Of a stretch of 62,528 nucleotides of DNA, positions 32,190-42,746 are shown piece after piece. This stretch comes from Steroidobacteraceae bacterium. Its GTDB lineage: Bacteria > Pseudomonadota > Gammaproteobacteria > Steroidobacterales > Steroidobacteraceae. Below the pieces are notes generated by a model. It searched no databases and was not told where the DNA came from. It saw nothing but the letters and a program-made list of their open reading frames with translations. Each line of letters opens with the position of its first letter. The first letter of the stretch is position 1. Position numbers and translations under genes: made by a program. The DNA lies in NCBI GenBank assembly GCA_035319505.1, contig DATHCO010000130.1, positions 1 to 62,528 of the forward strand, given 5' to 3'.

Positions 32190-32786
32190 TCACGGAGGGC
32201 TCTCGGTGAGGCGCATCGATACGCTCGCCGGCGATCGCGCAGCCTCACCCGGAACGAGGCGCGCACTCCACTCGGTCGTCCCGTCACGCCCCTCGCACGC
32301 GTCGGTGAGCGCCCCCGGCGCGGCCCCGAGCCACGCGGCACAGGCCGAGGCGAAGAGTTGCCGGGAACTCTGCGAGTCAATTTGCACCGTGGCTTCGATG
32401 TGATTCAGCCGATCGTGGCGATAGCAGAGCAAATACTCCTCGGGACGCTCATCCAAGAAGCGAGGCGGCGCTGCGCCCTCGAGCGTGTAGCAGTCCTCGT
32501 CGTCGCTGCGGCCTCGCTCGGCGTCGTGAAACTCGATGACCTCCGAGATCGCGAGCGGCATGTCCTTCAGCAAGGTACCGAAGGGCACCACGATCAGGGC
32601 ATGCCAGTCGTAGGAGGCGCCGGGCGCCTCGGGGGCGCGGCCCGAGGCGCCGCGATCTTGCGGGGCCGCCGCCGGGCCGAGTGAGGTGGCCCCGGGTGTG
32701 TACGAGACGCAAGCGCTCAACAGCGCGGCTGCCAAGACCACAATGAGATGTGGGACCGAGCTCACCGCGCAACGCGCTTGAGCCAT
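32190..32786 (-). CDS. putative lipoprotein (198 aa), unknown function
   Basis: ORF track 32190..33113. ATG 32786 checked. Lipobox VVLAAALLSAC. The stop lies 6 nt before the rsmG GTG. Confidence 0.6.
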   Translation of the reverse strand: MAQARCAVSSVPHLIVVLAAALLSACVSYTPGATSLGPAAAPQDRGASGRAPEAPGASYDWHALIVVPFGTLLKDMPLAISEVIEFHDAERGRSDDEDCYTLEGAAPPRFLDERPEEYLLCYRHDRLNHIEATVQIDSQSSRQLFASACAAWLGAAPGALTDACEGRDGTTEWSARLVPGEAARSPASVSMRLTESPP

Positions 32787-32848
32787 GCGTCGAGTCCGTC
32801 GGCGCGCAATACACACCGCAGCCGCGCATCCTGTAAGCGCGGCCGCTC

Positions 32849-33229
32849 TCAAGCGCTCGCCAAGCGCTGCACGAGCTCGGACAGCTCCGCCGCCGCATCG
32901 GGGTCGTGCTGCAAGCTGCCCTGCGCCCGATGCAACGCCGCGACCGCGACCTCCCGGATCCTTGCGCAGGCATGGCCGTAGTGCACACGCCAATCGGCGA
33001 TCAGCTCGGGCTCCAGGATCTCGTAGTCCCGCTCGTCGATGACGGCATCGAGCACCATGGCGCACACGGTGAGCTCCTGCACGCGCGCCCACGACAGCCG
33101 GGGTGTCGAGCATCCTTCAGCGAAACAGCGACGCAGATACGCCGGTGGCTCGGCGCTCGCGATGTCGTCGAGCATGTCGGTCACGTCACAGGAAGCCAGC
33201 AGGTGCTCGAAGCTCGCCATTTTATCCAT
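32849..33229 (-). CDS. hypothetical acidic protein (126 aa)
   Basis: ATG 33229 is preceded by GAAGGA. Asp/Glu-rich, realistic composition. Divergent from the S9 peptidase gene across a 45-bp spacer. Confidence 0.55.
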   Translation of the reverse strand: MDKMASFEHLLASCDVTDMLDDIASAEPPAYLRRCFAEGCSTPRLSWARVQELTVCAMVLDAVIDERDYEILEPELIADWRVHYGHACARIREVAVAALHRAQGSLQHDPDAAAELSELVQRLASA

Positions 33230-33274
33230 TATCCTTCGCGGCCATTATCCTCGGGCTTGGGGAACATAGGAATA

Positions 33275-35239
33275 ATGCGTTGCATTTTGCCGTTGCCGCA
33301 GCCGGCGGCCGTCCTCGCCGCGGTTGGACTTGCCGTATCGACGGGCCTTTGCGCCTCCCTCGGGATTGCGGCCACGACAGTGCGGGGAAATTTGATATTC
33401 GACGGCATTCCCGACGACGCAGCGGGCTCGGCCGATTCCTTGGATGCCTACTTGAGCGCGCGCGAGGCGCGGCCGCTCGGTTTCACGCCGAAGGGAGAGC
33501 TGCTGATTGCCACTCGCTTCGGCGATGTCGATCAGCTGCACCTCGTCTCCCATCCCGGCGCAGATCGCCGTCAGATCACCTTCCTGCGCGAGCCCATCAC
33601 GTCCGCTGCCTTCTCCCCGGATCCCTTCCGAAACGCATTCTTCTTCCTGAAGGACGAGGATGGGGAGGGACGCGCGCAGCTCTACTACCAACACATGGGC
33701 GACCTCGAGGCGCGGCGGATCACCGACGGCAAATCGTCGAACGGTCGGGCCCTGTGGTCCAATTCGGGACGCGAGATCGCTTTTTTTACCACGGCGCGCG
33801 ACGGCGTTTCCTACGATATCGACATCGTGGAGCCCGAAAGCGGCGCTTTGCCGCATCTGGCGCTCAGCGGCGACGAGGCACTCTCCTATCCCCTGGACTT
33901 CTCTCCGGACGACCGCAAGCTCCTGGTCGAGAGGCATGTGTCCTTCGCCGAGGACACTCTGTACGTGGTCGACTTGGGCACCGGTGAGAAGCGCGAGGTG
34001 GATCCCTCGCCGTCCAAAGGGCGCATCGTGGGCGCGAAATTCTCGCGCGACGGGCAGGGTGTGTATCTGATTTCGGATCGCGACAGCGAGTTCGCAAGGC
34101 TGCGCTACGTGAATCTCTTCACCGCCGACAGGGCCGAGCTTTCCGCGCACTTGGGATGGGACGTCGAGGAGCTCGCCCTCTCGAGGGACGGCCATTACCT
34201 CGCCTTCACGAGCAATGAGGCTGGAGCCTCGAAGCTCAACGTCGTGGACTTGCGCTCGCATCAGGACCTCATCCCCCCGCGGCTCCCCGTCGCAGGGGTC
34301 ATCGATTCCCTCGCCTTCGATCCCGAGAGCAAGCGGCTCTTCTTCGGCTATGCGGCGCCCGACCGGCCGCGCGATGCCTACGCACTCGAGATCGACACGA
34401 GCCGCCTGGAAGAGTGGACCTCGAGCGAGGCCGGGCCGCTCGATCGGACGAAGCTCGCCGTGCCTCACTTGGCGCAGTTTCCGACGTTCGATCGGACGGA
34501 CGGGCAGTCGCGCCAGATACCGTTTTACAGCTATGCGCCGGCGACGCCCGGCGCGCATCCCGTGTTGATCGTGCTCTCGGACGGCCCAAACGCGCAATTT
34601 CGACCGCGCTTCGATCCCTGGATCCAGTATCTGGTCAACGAGCTCGGGTTTGCCGTGCTCGGACCGAACGTGCGCGGCTCGTCGGGTTACGGAAAGAGCT
34701 ATCGAGCGCTCGGCCGGGGCTTGCAGCGCGAGGACGCCGTGAAGGATGTGGGCGCGCTGCTCGTGTGGCTGGGCCGGCAGAGCGAGTTGGACACGAAGCA
34801 CGTCGCGGTATGCGGAGATGCGTACGGCGGATACTTGGCCTTGGCGGCGCTCGCCTACTACGGCGACCGACTGCGCGCCGGCGTCGACTTCGCCGGGATG
34901 ACCGACTTCATCGGGTATCTGGGCCGTTTGACGGCAGGGCGCCAGATCGAGGGACGGGAAGAGCTCGGCGATGAGCGCGATCCCGACACGCGCGCGTTCT
35001 TGAGACGCATCTCGGCCCTGACCAATGCCGATCGAATCAACCGGCCGCTCCTCATCGTGCACGGCAAGAATGATGCGCTCGTGCCGATCGGCGAGTCGCA
35101 ACAGTTGGCGAACCGGATGCGCAGCCGCGGCGGTACGGTCTGGTTTCTCGAGGCCACCGACGAGGGGCACGAGTTCACCAAGTGGCCCAATCGCGTCGCC
35201 TACTACCAGACGTTCGCGCGTTTCTTGACCGCTTTTTGA
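33275..35239 (+). CDS. S9 prolyl-oligopeptidase-family protein with N-terminal beta-propeller; nucleophile position reads Ala
   Basis: ORF track 32906..35239. ATG 33275 checked; signal peptide present. TolB-like propeller repeats. The C-terminal hydrolase fold has GDAYGG where GxSxGG is expected, with the Asp (HGKNDALV) and His (DEGHEF) conserved. Confidence 0.88.
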   Translation: MRCILPLPQPAAVLAAVGLAVSTGLCASLGIAATTVRGNLIFDGIPDDAAGSADSLDAYLSAREARPLGFTPKGELLIATRFGDVDQLHLVSHPGADRRQITFLREPITSAAFSPDPFRNAFFFLKDEDGEGRAQLYYQHMGDLEARRITDGKSSNGRALWSNSGREIAFFTTARDGVSYDIDIVEPESGALPHLALSGDEALSYPLDFSPDDRKLLVERHVSFAEDTLYVVDLGTGEKREVDPSPSKGRIVGAKFSRDGQGVYLISDRDSEFARLRYVNLFTADRAELSAHLGWDVEELALSRDGHYLAFTSNEAGASKLNVVDLRSHQDLIPPRLPVAGVIDSLAFDPESKRLFFGYAAPDRPRDAYALEIDTSRLEEWTSSEAGPLDRTKLAVPHLAQFPTFDRTDGQSRQIPFYSYAPATPGAHPVLIVLSDGPNAQFRPRFDPWIQYLVNELGFAVLGPNVRGSSGYGKSYRALGRGLQREDAVKDVGALLVWLGRQSELDTKHVAVCGDAYGGYLALAALAYYGDRLRAGVDFAGMTDFIGYLGRLTAGRQIEGREELGDERDPDTRAFLRRISALTNADRINRPLLIVHGKNDALVPIGESQQLANRMRSRGGTVWFLEATDEGHEFTKWPNRVAYYQTFARFLTAF

Positions 35240-35254
35240 GCCGCGGCCGGCGCC

Positions 35255-37162
35255 TCAAGCGGCGCGATCGCGCTTCTTGAGATACACCAGCAACAACGAG
35301 ACGGCGGCCGGCGTGAGCCCGGGGATGCGGGCCGCCTGACCTAGGGTTTGCGGCCGCAGCGCGCGCAGGCATTCGCGAGCCTCGTTGGACAATCCGGCGA
35401 CGCTTGCATAGTCGATGTCGGCAGGGAGCGGTGTATCCTCGTGACGCTGCTGGCGCTCGATCTCCTGGCTCTGGCGCTTCAAATACCCCGAGTACTTCGC
35501 CTGCACGTCGACCTGTTGCTTGACTTGTTCGCAGAGTCGCTCATCGTCACGCCAAGCCTCCCGGGGCCTCGCCGGGTCGCACGCGAGCGAGCGGGGCAAA
35601 TCATCGTACCCGAGCTCGGGACGGCGCAGGAGCTCGAAGGCACGCAGCTCGCGCAGCATGGGCTGACGGAGCTTCGCTGCGAGCTTGCCGTCGACCTCCT
35701 CGGGGCGTATCAGGGCCTGCGACAATCGAGCCACCTCCGCGGCGACCGCCTCCTGCTTGCGCACGAAGAACTCAAAGCGCACATCGTCGACCAACCCGAG
35801 CTCGCGGCCGCGCGCGGTCAAGCGCAGGTCCGCGTTATCTTCCCGCAGTGAGAGGCGATATTCGGCGCGACTCGTGAACATGCGGTACGGCTCGGGCGCA
35901 CCGCGGGTGATCAGATCGTCGATCAGCACGCCGATGTAGGCTTCCGAGCGCCGCGGGTGCCACGGCTCACGCGCGGCGGCGGCGAGCGCGGCGTTAGCGC
36001 CCGCCACCAGCCCTTGCGCTGCAGCCTCCTCGTAGCCCGTGGTGCCGTTGACCTGGCCGGCGAAGAACAGGCCGCCGATGAACTTGCTCTCCAAGCTCGC
36101 CTTGAGAGCACGCGGATCGAAAAAATCGTACTCGATGGCATAGCCGGGCCGGGTGATGTGGGCGCGCTCAAAGCCCTTGATGGTGCGCACGAACTCATAT
36201 TGGACATCGAACGGCAAGCTGGTCGAGATGCCGTTCGGATACACCTCGTGTGTGAAAAGACCTTCGGGCTCGATGAAGATCTGGTGCGAGAGCTTGTCGG
36301 CAAAGCGCACGACCTTGTCCTCGACCGACGGGCAATAGCGCGGACCCGTGCCTTCGATCAGCCCGGTGAACATCGGCGAGCGCGCGGTTGCCGCGCGGAT
36401 GATGGCGTGGGTGCGCTCGTTGGTGGCCGTGATGTGGCAGGGAAGCTGCCGCGGGTGCATCGCGCGCGTGCCGAGGTAAGAGAAGACCGGGCGCGGATCA
36501 TCGCTCCATTGCTCGCGCAGTCCCCCGTAATCGATGCTGCGTCCATCGATGCGCGGCGGGGTGCCGGTCTTCAAGCGCCCCACGCGCAAGGGCAGCTCGC
36601 GCAAGCGAGCCGCGAGCCGCGTCGACGCAGGGTCGCCCGCGCGCCCGCCGGCATGGCTTTCGAGGCCCACGTGAATCCGCCCACCCAAGAACGTTCCGAC
36701 GGTGAGCACGATGCTCGGCGCTAGGAATTCGACGCCACCCTGCGTGAGGCAGCCGACTACGCGCTCGCCGCACAGCTTGAGATCAGCCACCTCCTGCTGG
36801 AAGAGCTCGAGGTTCGGCTGGGTCTCGAGCGCCAGGCGGATGGCGCGCTTGTAGAGCTGTCGATCGGCTTGCGCGCGCGTGGCGCGTACCGCGGGGCCCT
36901 TGCTCGAATTCAGCGTCCGGAACTGGATACCGGCCTGGTCGGCGGCTCGCGCCATCCCCCCCCCGAGCGCATCGATCTCCTTGACGAGGTGCCCCTTGCC
37001 GATGCCGCCGATAGCCGGGTTGCAACTCATCTGCCCCAGGGTCTCGATATTTTGCGTGAGGAGGAGCGTGCGGCTGCCCATGCGCGCCGCTGCGAGCGCG
37101 GCTTCCGTGCCGGCGTGGCCGCCGCCGATCACGATCACATCGAATTCCGCCTCGAAGCGCAT
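35255..37162 (-). CDS. mnmG: tRNA uridine-5-carboxymethylaminomethyl synthesis enzyme MnmG (GidA)
   Basis: ORF track 35255..37189. ATG 37162 gives [21 protein letters not shown]. Confidence 0.97.
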   Translation of the reverse strand: MRFEAEFDVIVIGGGHAGTEAALAAARMGSRTLLLTQNIETLGQMSCNPAIGGIGKGHLVKEIDALGGGMARAADQAGIQFRTLNSSKGPAVRATRAQADRQLYKRAIRLALETQPNLELFQQEVADLKLCGERVVGCLTQGGVEFLAPSIVLTVGTFLGGRIHVGLESHAGGRAGDPASTRLAARLRELPLRVGRLKTGTPPRIDGRSIDYGGLREQWSDDPRPVFSYLGTRAMHPRQLPCHITATNERTHAIIRAATARSPMFTGLIEGTGPRYCPSVEDKVVRFADKLSHQIFIEPEGLFTHEVYPNGISTSLPFDVQYEFVRTIKGFERAHITRPGYAIEYDFFDPRALKASLESKFIGGLFFAGQVNGTTGYEEAAAQGLVAGANAALAAAAREPWHPRRSEAYIGVLIDDLITRGAPEPYRMFTSRAEYRLSLREDNADLRLTARGRELGLVDDVRFEFFVRKQEAVAAEVARLSQALIRPEEVDGKLAAKLRQPMLRELRAFELLRRPELGYDDLPRSLACDPARPREAWRDDERLCEQVKQQVDVQAKYSGYLKRQSQEIERQQRHEDTPLPADIDYASVAGLSNEARECLRALRPQTLGQAARIPGLTPAAVSLLLVYLKKRDRAA

Positions 37163-37202
37163 CGCCTTGAATCCATGGACTTTCCCCAAAGAGCCGTCTA
37201 CT

Positions 37203-38738
37203 TTAAACCCGCTCCCGGCAAACCGCCACTGAGCCGCCGGCGAACTTTCCCTGCCAGCTCTTCGGTCCGGTCTCGTGCACGGACTCGCCCTGCGAGCTCA
37301 CCGCGACCGTCACCGGCATGTCGCGCACCTCGAACTCGTACACGGCTTCCATGCCGAGCTCGGCGAACCCGACCACGCGGCTCGAGCGGATGGCCCGCGA
37401 CACCAGGAACGCTGCACCGCCGACCGCGATCAGATAAGCCGACCCGTGCTTCTTGATCGACTCGACCGTCTCGGGGCCGCGCTCGGCCTTGCCCACCATC
37501 GCCAAGAGGCCCGCCTTCTCGAGCATGGTGTCGGTGAAGCGATCCATGCGATTCGCCGTGGTGGGCCCGGCGGGTCCCACGATCTCGGCGCCCACCGGAT
37601 CGACCGGTCCCACGTAATAGATGACCCGGTCGCGAAAGTCGAGGCCGTCGGGAAGGGGCTTGCCAGCCTCGAGCAAGGCGCAGATTCGCTTGTGGGCGGC
37701 GTCACGGCCGGTGAGAAGCTTTCCGCTGAGGAGGAGCCGCTCGCCCGCGCGCCAGGTGGCGATCTCGTCGCGGGTGAGGCCGTCGAGCGATACCCGACGC
37801 GCGTGCGCATCCGGGGCCCAGCGCACGCTCGGCCAGTCGGCAAGATTCGGCGGCTCGAGGGCGGCCGGTCCCCGCCCGTCGAGCACCAAGTGAACATGGC
37901 GCGTGGCTGCGCAGTTCGGAATGACGGCAACCGGGAGCGAGGCGGCGTGCGTCGGGTAATCGAGCACCTTCACATCGAGCACGGTCGTGAGCCCGCCGAG
38001 ACCCTGAGCGCCGATGCCGAGATCGTTGACGCGCCGGTAGAGCTCGAGCCTGAGCTCCTCGAGCGGCGTGGCGGGACCGCGTGCGGCAAGCTCGGCGATA
38101 TCGATCGGCTCCATCAGTGACTTCTTCGCGAGCAGCATCGCCTTCTCGGCGCTGCCGCCGATCCCGACCCCGAGCATCCCCGGCGGGCACCAACCCGCCC
38201 CCATCTGCGGCACGACGCCGACGACCCAATCGGCAATCGAATCGGAAGGGTTCAGCATCGCAAACATCGATTTGTTTTCCGAGCCGCCCCCCTTGGCGGC
38301 GAGGGTGATTTCCACGGCGTCCCCTGGGACGAGCTCGGTGTGAATCACCGCCGGCGTGTTGTCGCGCGTGTTGCTGCGGCGAAAGGCCGGATCCGATACG
38401 ATCGAGGCGCGTAGCTTGTTGTCCGGATCCAAGTAAGCGCGCCGAACACCCTCGTTGATCATGGACTCGAGATCGCGCGAGGCCTCCCAGCGCACCCCCA
38501 TACCAACCTTCACGAACACCACCACGATGCCCGTGTCCTGGCAAATCGGGCGATGGCCTTCCGCGCAGAGGCGCGAATTGGTGAGAATCTGCGCGATGGC
38601 ATCGCGTGCCGCTGGGCTGCGCTCGACCTCGTACGCGCGGCCCATCGCGCGGATGAAATCCGGCGAGTGGTAGTAGGAGATGTACTGCAGAGCGTCGGCG
38701 ACACTCGCTATCACATCGTCTTCGCGAATGACGGACAT
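37203..38738 (-). CDS. fumA: class I (Fe-S) fumarate hydratase
   Basis: 511 aa. ...[15 protein letters not shown]... and a fused alpha/beta-type domain order, characteristic of class I fumarases. Confidence 0.9.
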   Translation of the reverse strand: MSVIREDDVIASVADALQYISYYHSPDFIRAMGRAYEVERSPAARDAIAQILTNSRLCAEGHRPICQDTGIVVVFVKVGMGVRWEASRDLESMINEGVRRAYLDPDNKLRASIVSDPAFRRSNTRDNTPAVIHTELVPGDAVEITLAAKGGGSENKSMFAMLNPSDSIADWVVGVVPQMGAGWCPPGMLGVGIGGSAEKAMLLAKKSLMEPIDIAELAARGPATPLEELRLELYRRVNDLGIGAQGLGGLTTVLDVKVLDYPTHAASLPVAVIPNCAATRHVHLVLDGRGPAALEPPNLADWPSVRWAPDAHARRVSLDGLTRDEIATWRAGERLLLSGKLLTGRDAAHKRICALLEAGKPLPDGLDFRDRVIYYVGPVDPVGAEIVGPAGPTTANRMDRFTDTMLEKAGLLAMVGKAERGPETVESIKKHGSAYLIAVGGAAFLVSRAIRSSRVVGFAELGMEAVYEFEVRDMPVTVAVSSQGESVHETGPKSWQGKFAGGSVAVCRERV

Positions 38739-38801
38739 GGCTTTAGTGTACGCGGTGGAGGCGGGAATTGCAGAGATCCGTCATTCGCGATAGGTTCAGG
38801 C

Positions 38802-40256
38802 ATGTTCACGGTGCTGACGGCGACTGCACTTGCGGCCCTTGCGGGGACGAGCTCTCTCGCGGCGACGCTTGCCTTGCACGATTGTCGGATCGAGCACCCG
38901 CTCAAGCTCGCCTCGATCGGCGCGCGCTGCGCACGCCTCGCCGTAGCAGAGAACCCGGCGGCGCCGTCCGGCACCGCGATCGAGCTCGCCATCGCGGTCG
39001 TACCTGCGCTCAACCGCCGTGCCGCGGCGGCGCCTTTGTTCTTGCTCGCCGGCGGTCCCGGCCAGGCGGCCACCGGTCTGTACGCGAGCTACGCAGGCGC
39101 GTTCGCACGCATCAACCGCAATCACGATATCGTGCTCCTCGATCAGCGCGGCACCGGTCGATCCGCCCCACTGCTTTGCGACTATCCCGAGGATTGGACT
39201 GCGAACGGTGAGGACCTGGCCGCACTTCGCCGGGCAACGCTCGCCTGCCTCGCGAAGTACGGGGAGCGCGTGCGCTTTTACACGACGAGCATCGCCGTGC
39301 GCGATCTCGATGAAGTGCGCCGGGCACTCGGTTATCGACAGATCGATCTTTACGCCTCCTCCTACGGAACCCGCGTGGCGGAGCTCTACATGCGGCGCCA
39401 TCCCGAATCGACCCATGCCGTGATTCTCGACGGTGTGACCTATCCGGAGCAGGCTATCGGACCCGACACCCCACTCGATGGGGAGCACGCCTTGAGTCTC
39501 GTGCTCGCGCGCTGTCGAGCCGCCGCGGATTGCGCCAGAGCCTATCCCGATCTGGCGCGCGAGCTCAACGCGCTGCGCGTGCGCTTCGGCCCCGCGAAAT
39601 CCGCCCTCACGCTCGCCGACCCCACCAGCGCCGAGCCGCTCGAGGTCGAATTCGATCACGGCGTGCTCTCTGCCGCGCTGCGCTTTCTCTCGTACAACGC
39701 CTCCGAGGCCTCCCTTCTACCGACGCTGATCCATCAGGCGGCTTCCGGCTCGCTCGCGCCGCTCGCTGCGCAAGCCGTGATGATCTCGCGCGAGGTGAGC
39801 CGTGAGCTCGCGAGCGGGATGCAGATGAGCGTCGTGTGCAGCGAGGATGCGCCCTATTTCGAAGTGAGCGCCGCGACGCTCGAGCGGATAGCCAATACCT
39901 ACCAGGGTTCGGCGCAACTCGATGCGCTCACCGCGATCTGCAAGCTCTGGCCGGCAGGGCCCGTCGACGCCGATCTGCACAGCGCGCTCGTGAGCGCGGT
40001 GCCGAGCCTCTTGCTGTCGGGCGAGGCCGATCCGGTGACGCCCCCCGCGGACGCGGAGCGGCTCGCCCGGGGCCTCGAACGGTATCGCCACCTCGTACTG
40101 GCGGGGGAGGGGCACGGCCAGGTTGCCACGGGCTGCGTGCCCAAGCTCATGGCCGAGTTCCTGGATTCCGCGGACCCGCGCTCGCTCGATGTCGCGTGCC
40201 TCGAGCGCCATCGTCCCGTCCCCTTCTTCGTCGGATTCACGGGACCCTCGCCGTGA
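38802..40256 (+). CDS. secreted alpha/beta hydrolase (S33 / tripeptidyl-aminopeptidase-like)
   Basis: ORF track 38553..40256. ATG 38802 checked; signal peptide present. Motifs: LLAGGPGQAA, DQRGTGRS, nucleophile elbow ASSYGT, C-terminal GEADPVTP. Confidence 0.85.
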   Translation: MFTVLTATALAALAGTSSLAATLALHDCRIEHPLKLASIGARCARLAVAENPAAPSGTAIELAIAVVPALNRRAAAAPLFLLAGGPGQAATGLYASYAGAFARINRNHDIVLLDQRGTGRSAPLLCDYPEDWTANGEDLAALRRATLACLAKYGERVRFYTTSIAVRDLDEVRRALGYRQIDLYASSYGTRVAELYMRRHPESTHAVILDGVTYPEQAIGPDTPLDGEHALSLVLARCRAAADCARAYPDLARELNALRVRFGPAKSALTLADPTSAEPLEVEFDHGVLSAALRFLSYNASEASLLPTLIHQAASGSLAPLAAQAVMISREVSRELASGMQMSVVCSEDAPYFEVSAATLERIANTYQGSAQLDALTAICKLWPAGPVDADLHSALVSAVPSLLLSGEADPVTPPADAERLARGLERYRHLVLAGEGHGQVATGCVPKLMAEFLDSADPRSLDVACLERHRPVPFFVGFTGPSP

Positions 40257-40275
40257 TCGAGGCCCTCGCTCCGCC

Positions 40276-41055
40276 ATGATCGAGGCGCAGGCGCTCTCGA
40301 AGCGGTTTGGACCCATCCAGGCGGTGCAAGCGGTGTCCTTTCGCGCGCTCGACGGGCAAATCACGGGTCTCTTGGGACCCAACGGCGCCGGCAAGTCGAC
40401 GACACTGCGGATGCTGTACGGAGTGCTGAGCCCCGATTCGGGGAGCGCGCGCATCGACGGCATCGACATCCGCGGCGAGACCTCGAGCGCGCGCGCGCAC
40501 CTTGGCGTGCTGCCACACGCGGCGGGACTCTACGGGAATCTCACCGGCCGGGAAAACATCGAGTATTTCGGCTCGCTACAGCGCATCGGGCGCAAGCAGC
40601 TTCGCGCTCGAGTCGACGAGCTTGCACGGCTGCTCGACATGGCGAGCTTCATCGACCGGCGCGCCAAGGGATTCTCCCAAGGCCAGCGGATCAAAGTGGC
40701 GCTCGCACGCGCGCTCGTGCACGAGCCCGCGAATCTGGTGCTGGACGAGCCGACCAACGGTCTCGACGTGATGGCGATCCGCAGCTTGCGCGACATGCTG
40801 CGCGCGTTGAAGCTCGAGGGGCGCTGCATTCTGTTCTCCTCGCACGTCATGCAGGAGGTCGCGGCACTTTGTGATCAAGTGGTCGTCATCGGACGGGGCC
40901 GCGTACTCGCCTGCGGCGCGCTCGAGGCGATACGCGAGACGAGCGGCACGGCCTCCCTCGAGGAGGCATTTCTCAAGGTACTCGCCGACGCCGAGCGCGA
41001 GGCAATGACGCCGGCCGGCGCGCCGGGGCGCGGCGAGGCGCAGGGGCGCGGCTGA
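40276..41055 (+). CDS. ABC transporter ATP-binding protein (ABC-2/NatA-like)
   Basis: ORF track 40123..41055. ATG 40276 checked. Walker A GPNGAGKST, signature FSQGQRIK, Walker B LVLDEPT. Confidence 0.92.
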   Translation: MIEAQALSKRFGPIQAVQAVSFRALDGQITGLLGPNGAGKSTTLRMLYGVLSPDSGSARIDGIDIRGETSSARAHLGVLPHAAGLYGNLTGRENIEYFGSLQRIGRKQLRARVDELARLLDMASFIDRRAKGFSQGQRIKVALARALVHEPANLVLDEPTNGLDVMAIRSLRDMLRALKLEGRCILFSSHVMQEVAALCDQVVVIGRGRVLACGALEAIRETSGTASLEEAFLKVLADAEREAMTPAGAPGRGEAQGRG

Positions 41056-42233
41056 TGCACGCCGTCTTGCGCGTGTTCGGCAAGGAATTCCTGGAGAACT
41101 TGCGCGATCGGCGCACCTTGCTGTCGGCGCTCGTATTCGGCCCGCTGTTCGGGCCGATACTGTTCGGCGTGATGGTCGAGAGAATGGTCAATCAGAGCGT
41201 CCTCGAGTCCGACGAGCCCCTCAAGATCACGATATCGGGTGGCGAGCGCGCGCCGAACCTCGCGCGCTATCTCGAATCCCAGGGCATCAAAATGACGGCC
41301 GCCTCCCTGACCGAGGAGGCGGCCCGAGCCAGCGTGAAGAGCGGTGCGGCGGCCGTGGTGCTGATCGTGCCTCCCGATTTCGCGCCGAGATTCGAGGCGG
41401 CGCTTCCGGCACCGCTCCTCGTCGTCGCGGACAGTGCGGACTCGCAAACGCGCCGCAGCGCCGAGCGGCTGCGTGCCGTGCTCGCGAGCTATGCGAGCGG
41501 CATCGCACAGCGCAGATTGCAAATTCGAGGGCTCGATCCGCTTCTCGCCGCACCCGTCGCAGTCAACGACGTCGACATCACCACACCGACCGGGCGTGCG
41601 GTCGTGGTGCTCGGTTTCATGACCTACTTCGTGCTCTTCTCGGTGCTGATGGGGGGCCTATACCTCGCGATCGACTCGACCGCCGGCGAGCGTGAACGCG
41701 GCTCGCTCGAGGCATTGCTCAGCCTGCCTGTCCCACGCAGCGCGCTCGCCGGCGGAAAGATCCTCGCGACCTGCGCGTACATGTGCCTCTCCATGGCGCT
41801 CTCTCTGGCGGCTTTCGTCGTGGTGTTCCGCTTCGTGCCGCTCGAGCGGCTCGGCATGAGCGCGAACTTGGGCGCAGGAACGGCGTTGCTGTTCTTCGCG
41901 GTGTGCTTGCCGTTCGTGCCCTTGGGCGCCGTGCTGATGACCTTCGTCGCCTCGTTCACCCGCAGCTATCGTGAGGCGCAAACGTACCTGACCGGCGTGC
42001 TCCTCGTACCCACGCTTCCGATCGCGTTTGCGAGCATCTACTCGCTGAAAGCCAAGAGCTCGCTCATGTTCATTCCCTCCTTGAGTCAGCACCTTCTGAT
42101 GACGAGCGTGCTCAGGGACGAGCGAATTGCTCCGCTCGACGTGCTGGTCTCCGCGGGATCCTCCTTGATCCTGGCGCTGGTCCTGTTCGTTCTGACGGCG
42201 CGGCACTGGCGTCGCGAGACGATGCTCGGCTGA
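41055..42233 (+). CDS. ABC-2 type transporter permease (NatB-like)
   Basis: 392 aa. One N-terminal TM helix, a large loop, then 5 C-terminal TM helices. The ATG overlaps the ATPase TGA. Confidence 0.85.
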   Translation: MHAVLRVFGKEFLENLRDRRTLLSALVFGPLFGPILFGVMVERMVNQSVLESDEPLKITISGGERAPNLARYLESQGIKMTAASLTEEAARASVKSGAAAVVLIVPPDFAPRFEAALPAPLLVVADSADSQTRRSAERLRAVLASYASGIAQRRLQIRGLDPLLAAPVAVNDVDITTPTGRAVVVLGFMTYFVLFSVLMGGLYLAIDSTAGERERGSLEALLSLPVPRSALAGGKILATCAYMCLSMALSLAAFVVVFRFVPLERLGMSANLGAGTALLFFAVCLPFVPLGAVLMTFVASFTRSYREAQTYLTGVLLVPTLPIAFASIYSLKAKSSLMFIPSLSQHLLMTSVLRDERIAPLDVLVSAGSSLILALVLFVLTARHWRRETMLG

Positions 42234-42369
42234 TGACCGCTCCGGCAACGGCGGCGGCCGAGGGTAGTACGGAGCAAATTAGGGTGTTTCCGTCTATCTG
42301 TTTGGCTACTGAACGAGTATAAAGCGAGCGGGGTAATGGGATCGCGTCCCCGGGCTTGGGGGACCTCAA

Positions 42370-42603
42370 TTGCGGAGGGGTAGACTGATGACCCACTCGT
42401 CGCGTACGCGGGCCAATATCGTGTTTCTGGCCGTTCTGGCGCTCTCTGCGCTCAGCATGGTATGGCTGTTCTGGCACCACCCGATCAAAACCTCGATTGC
42501 CACGATTGCGGTTTTGGCAGCGCTCGGGGTGTCGGCGCGACTCGCACGATCGATCGAGACGGACTCGAGCTCCGAGCTGGATCGTCGCGAACAGGGTATT
42601 TGA
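42370..42603 (+). CDS. possible small two-TM membrane protein (77 aa, or 71 aa from ATG 42388)
   Basis: Two hydrophobic helices (IVFLAVLALSALSMVWLFW and IATIAVLAALGV). Sits in a visibly lower-GC patch. No homology recognised. Confidence 0.35.
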   Translation: MRRGRLMTHSSRTRANIVFLAVLALSALSMVWLFWHHPIKTSIATIAVLAALGVSARLARSIETDSSSELDRREQGI

Positions 42604-42746
42604 AAGAGCGAAGATCGCAGCGCCATCTCTTTTTTAGATGGATCCAGCGAATTCGCTGATGGTCCCAGACCCGGTTGACGGTTCTTACGAAGACGAGCGG
42701 GAGCAATTTCAACGCCTGCGGCGAGCAGCTGGGATCTCGAGCGCAG

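Noticed and set aside
32786-33113. N-terminal extensions of many ORF-track entries. Examples: 32190..33113, 32906..35239, 38553..40256, 57137..59719, 13876..15045, 7210..9000, 9627..11540.
   Set aside because: The extensions overlap upstream genes or are Arg-rich nonsense. Internal ATG or GTG codons that I verified in the sequence give canonical N-termini, signal peptides or SD sequences.
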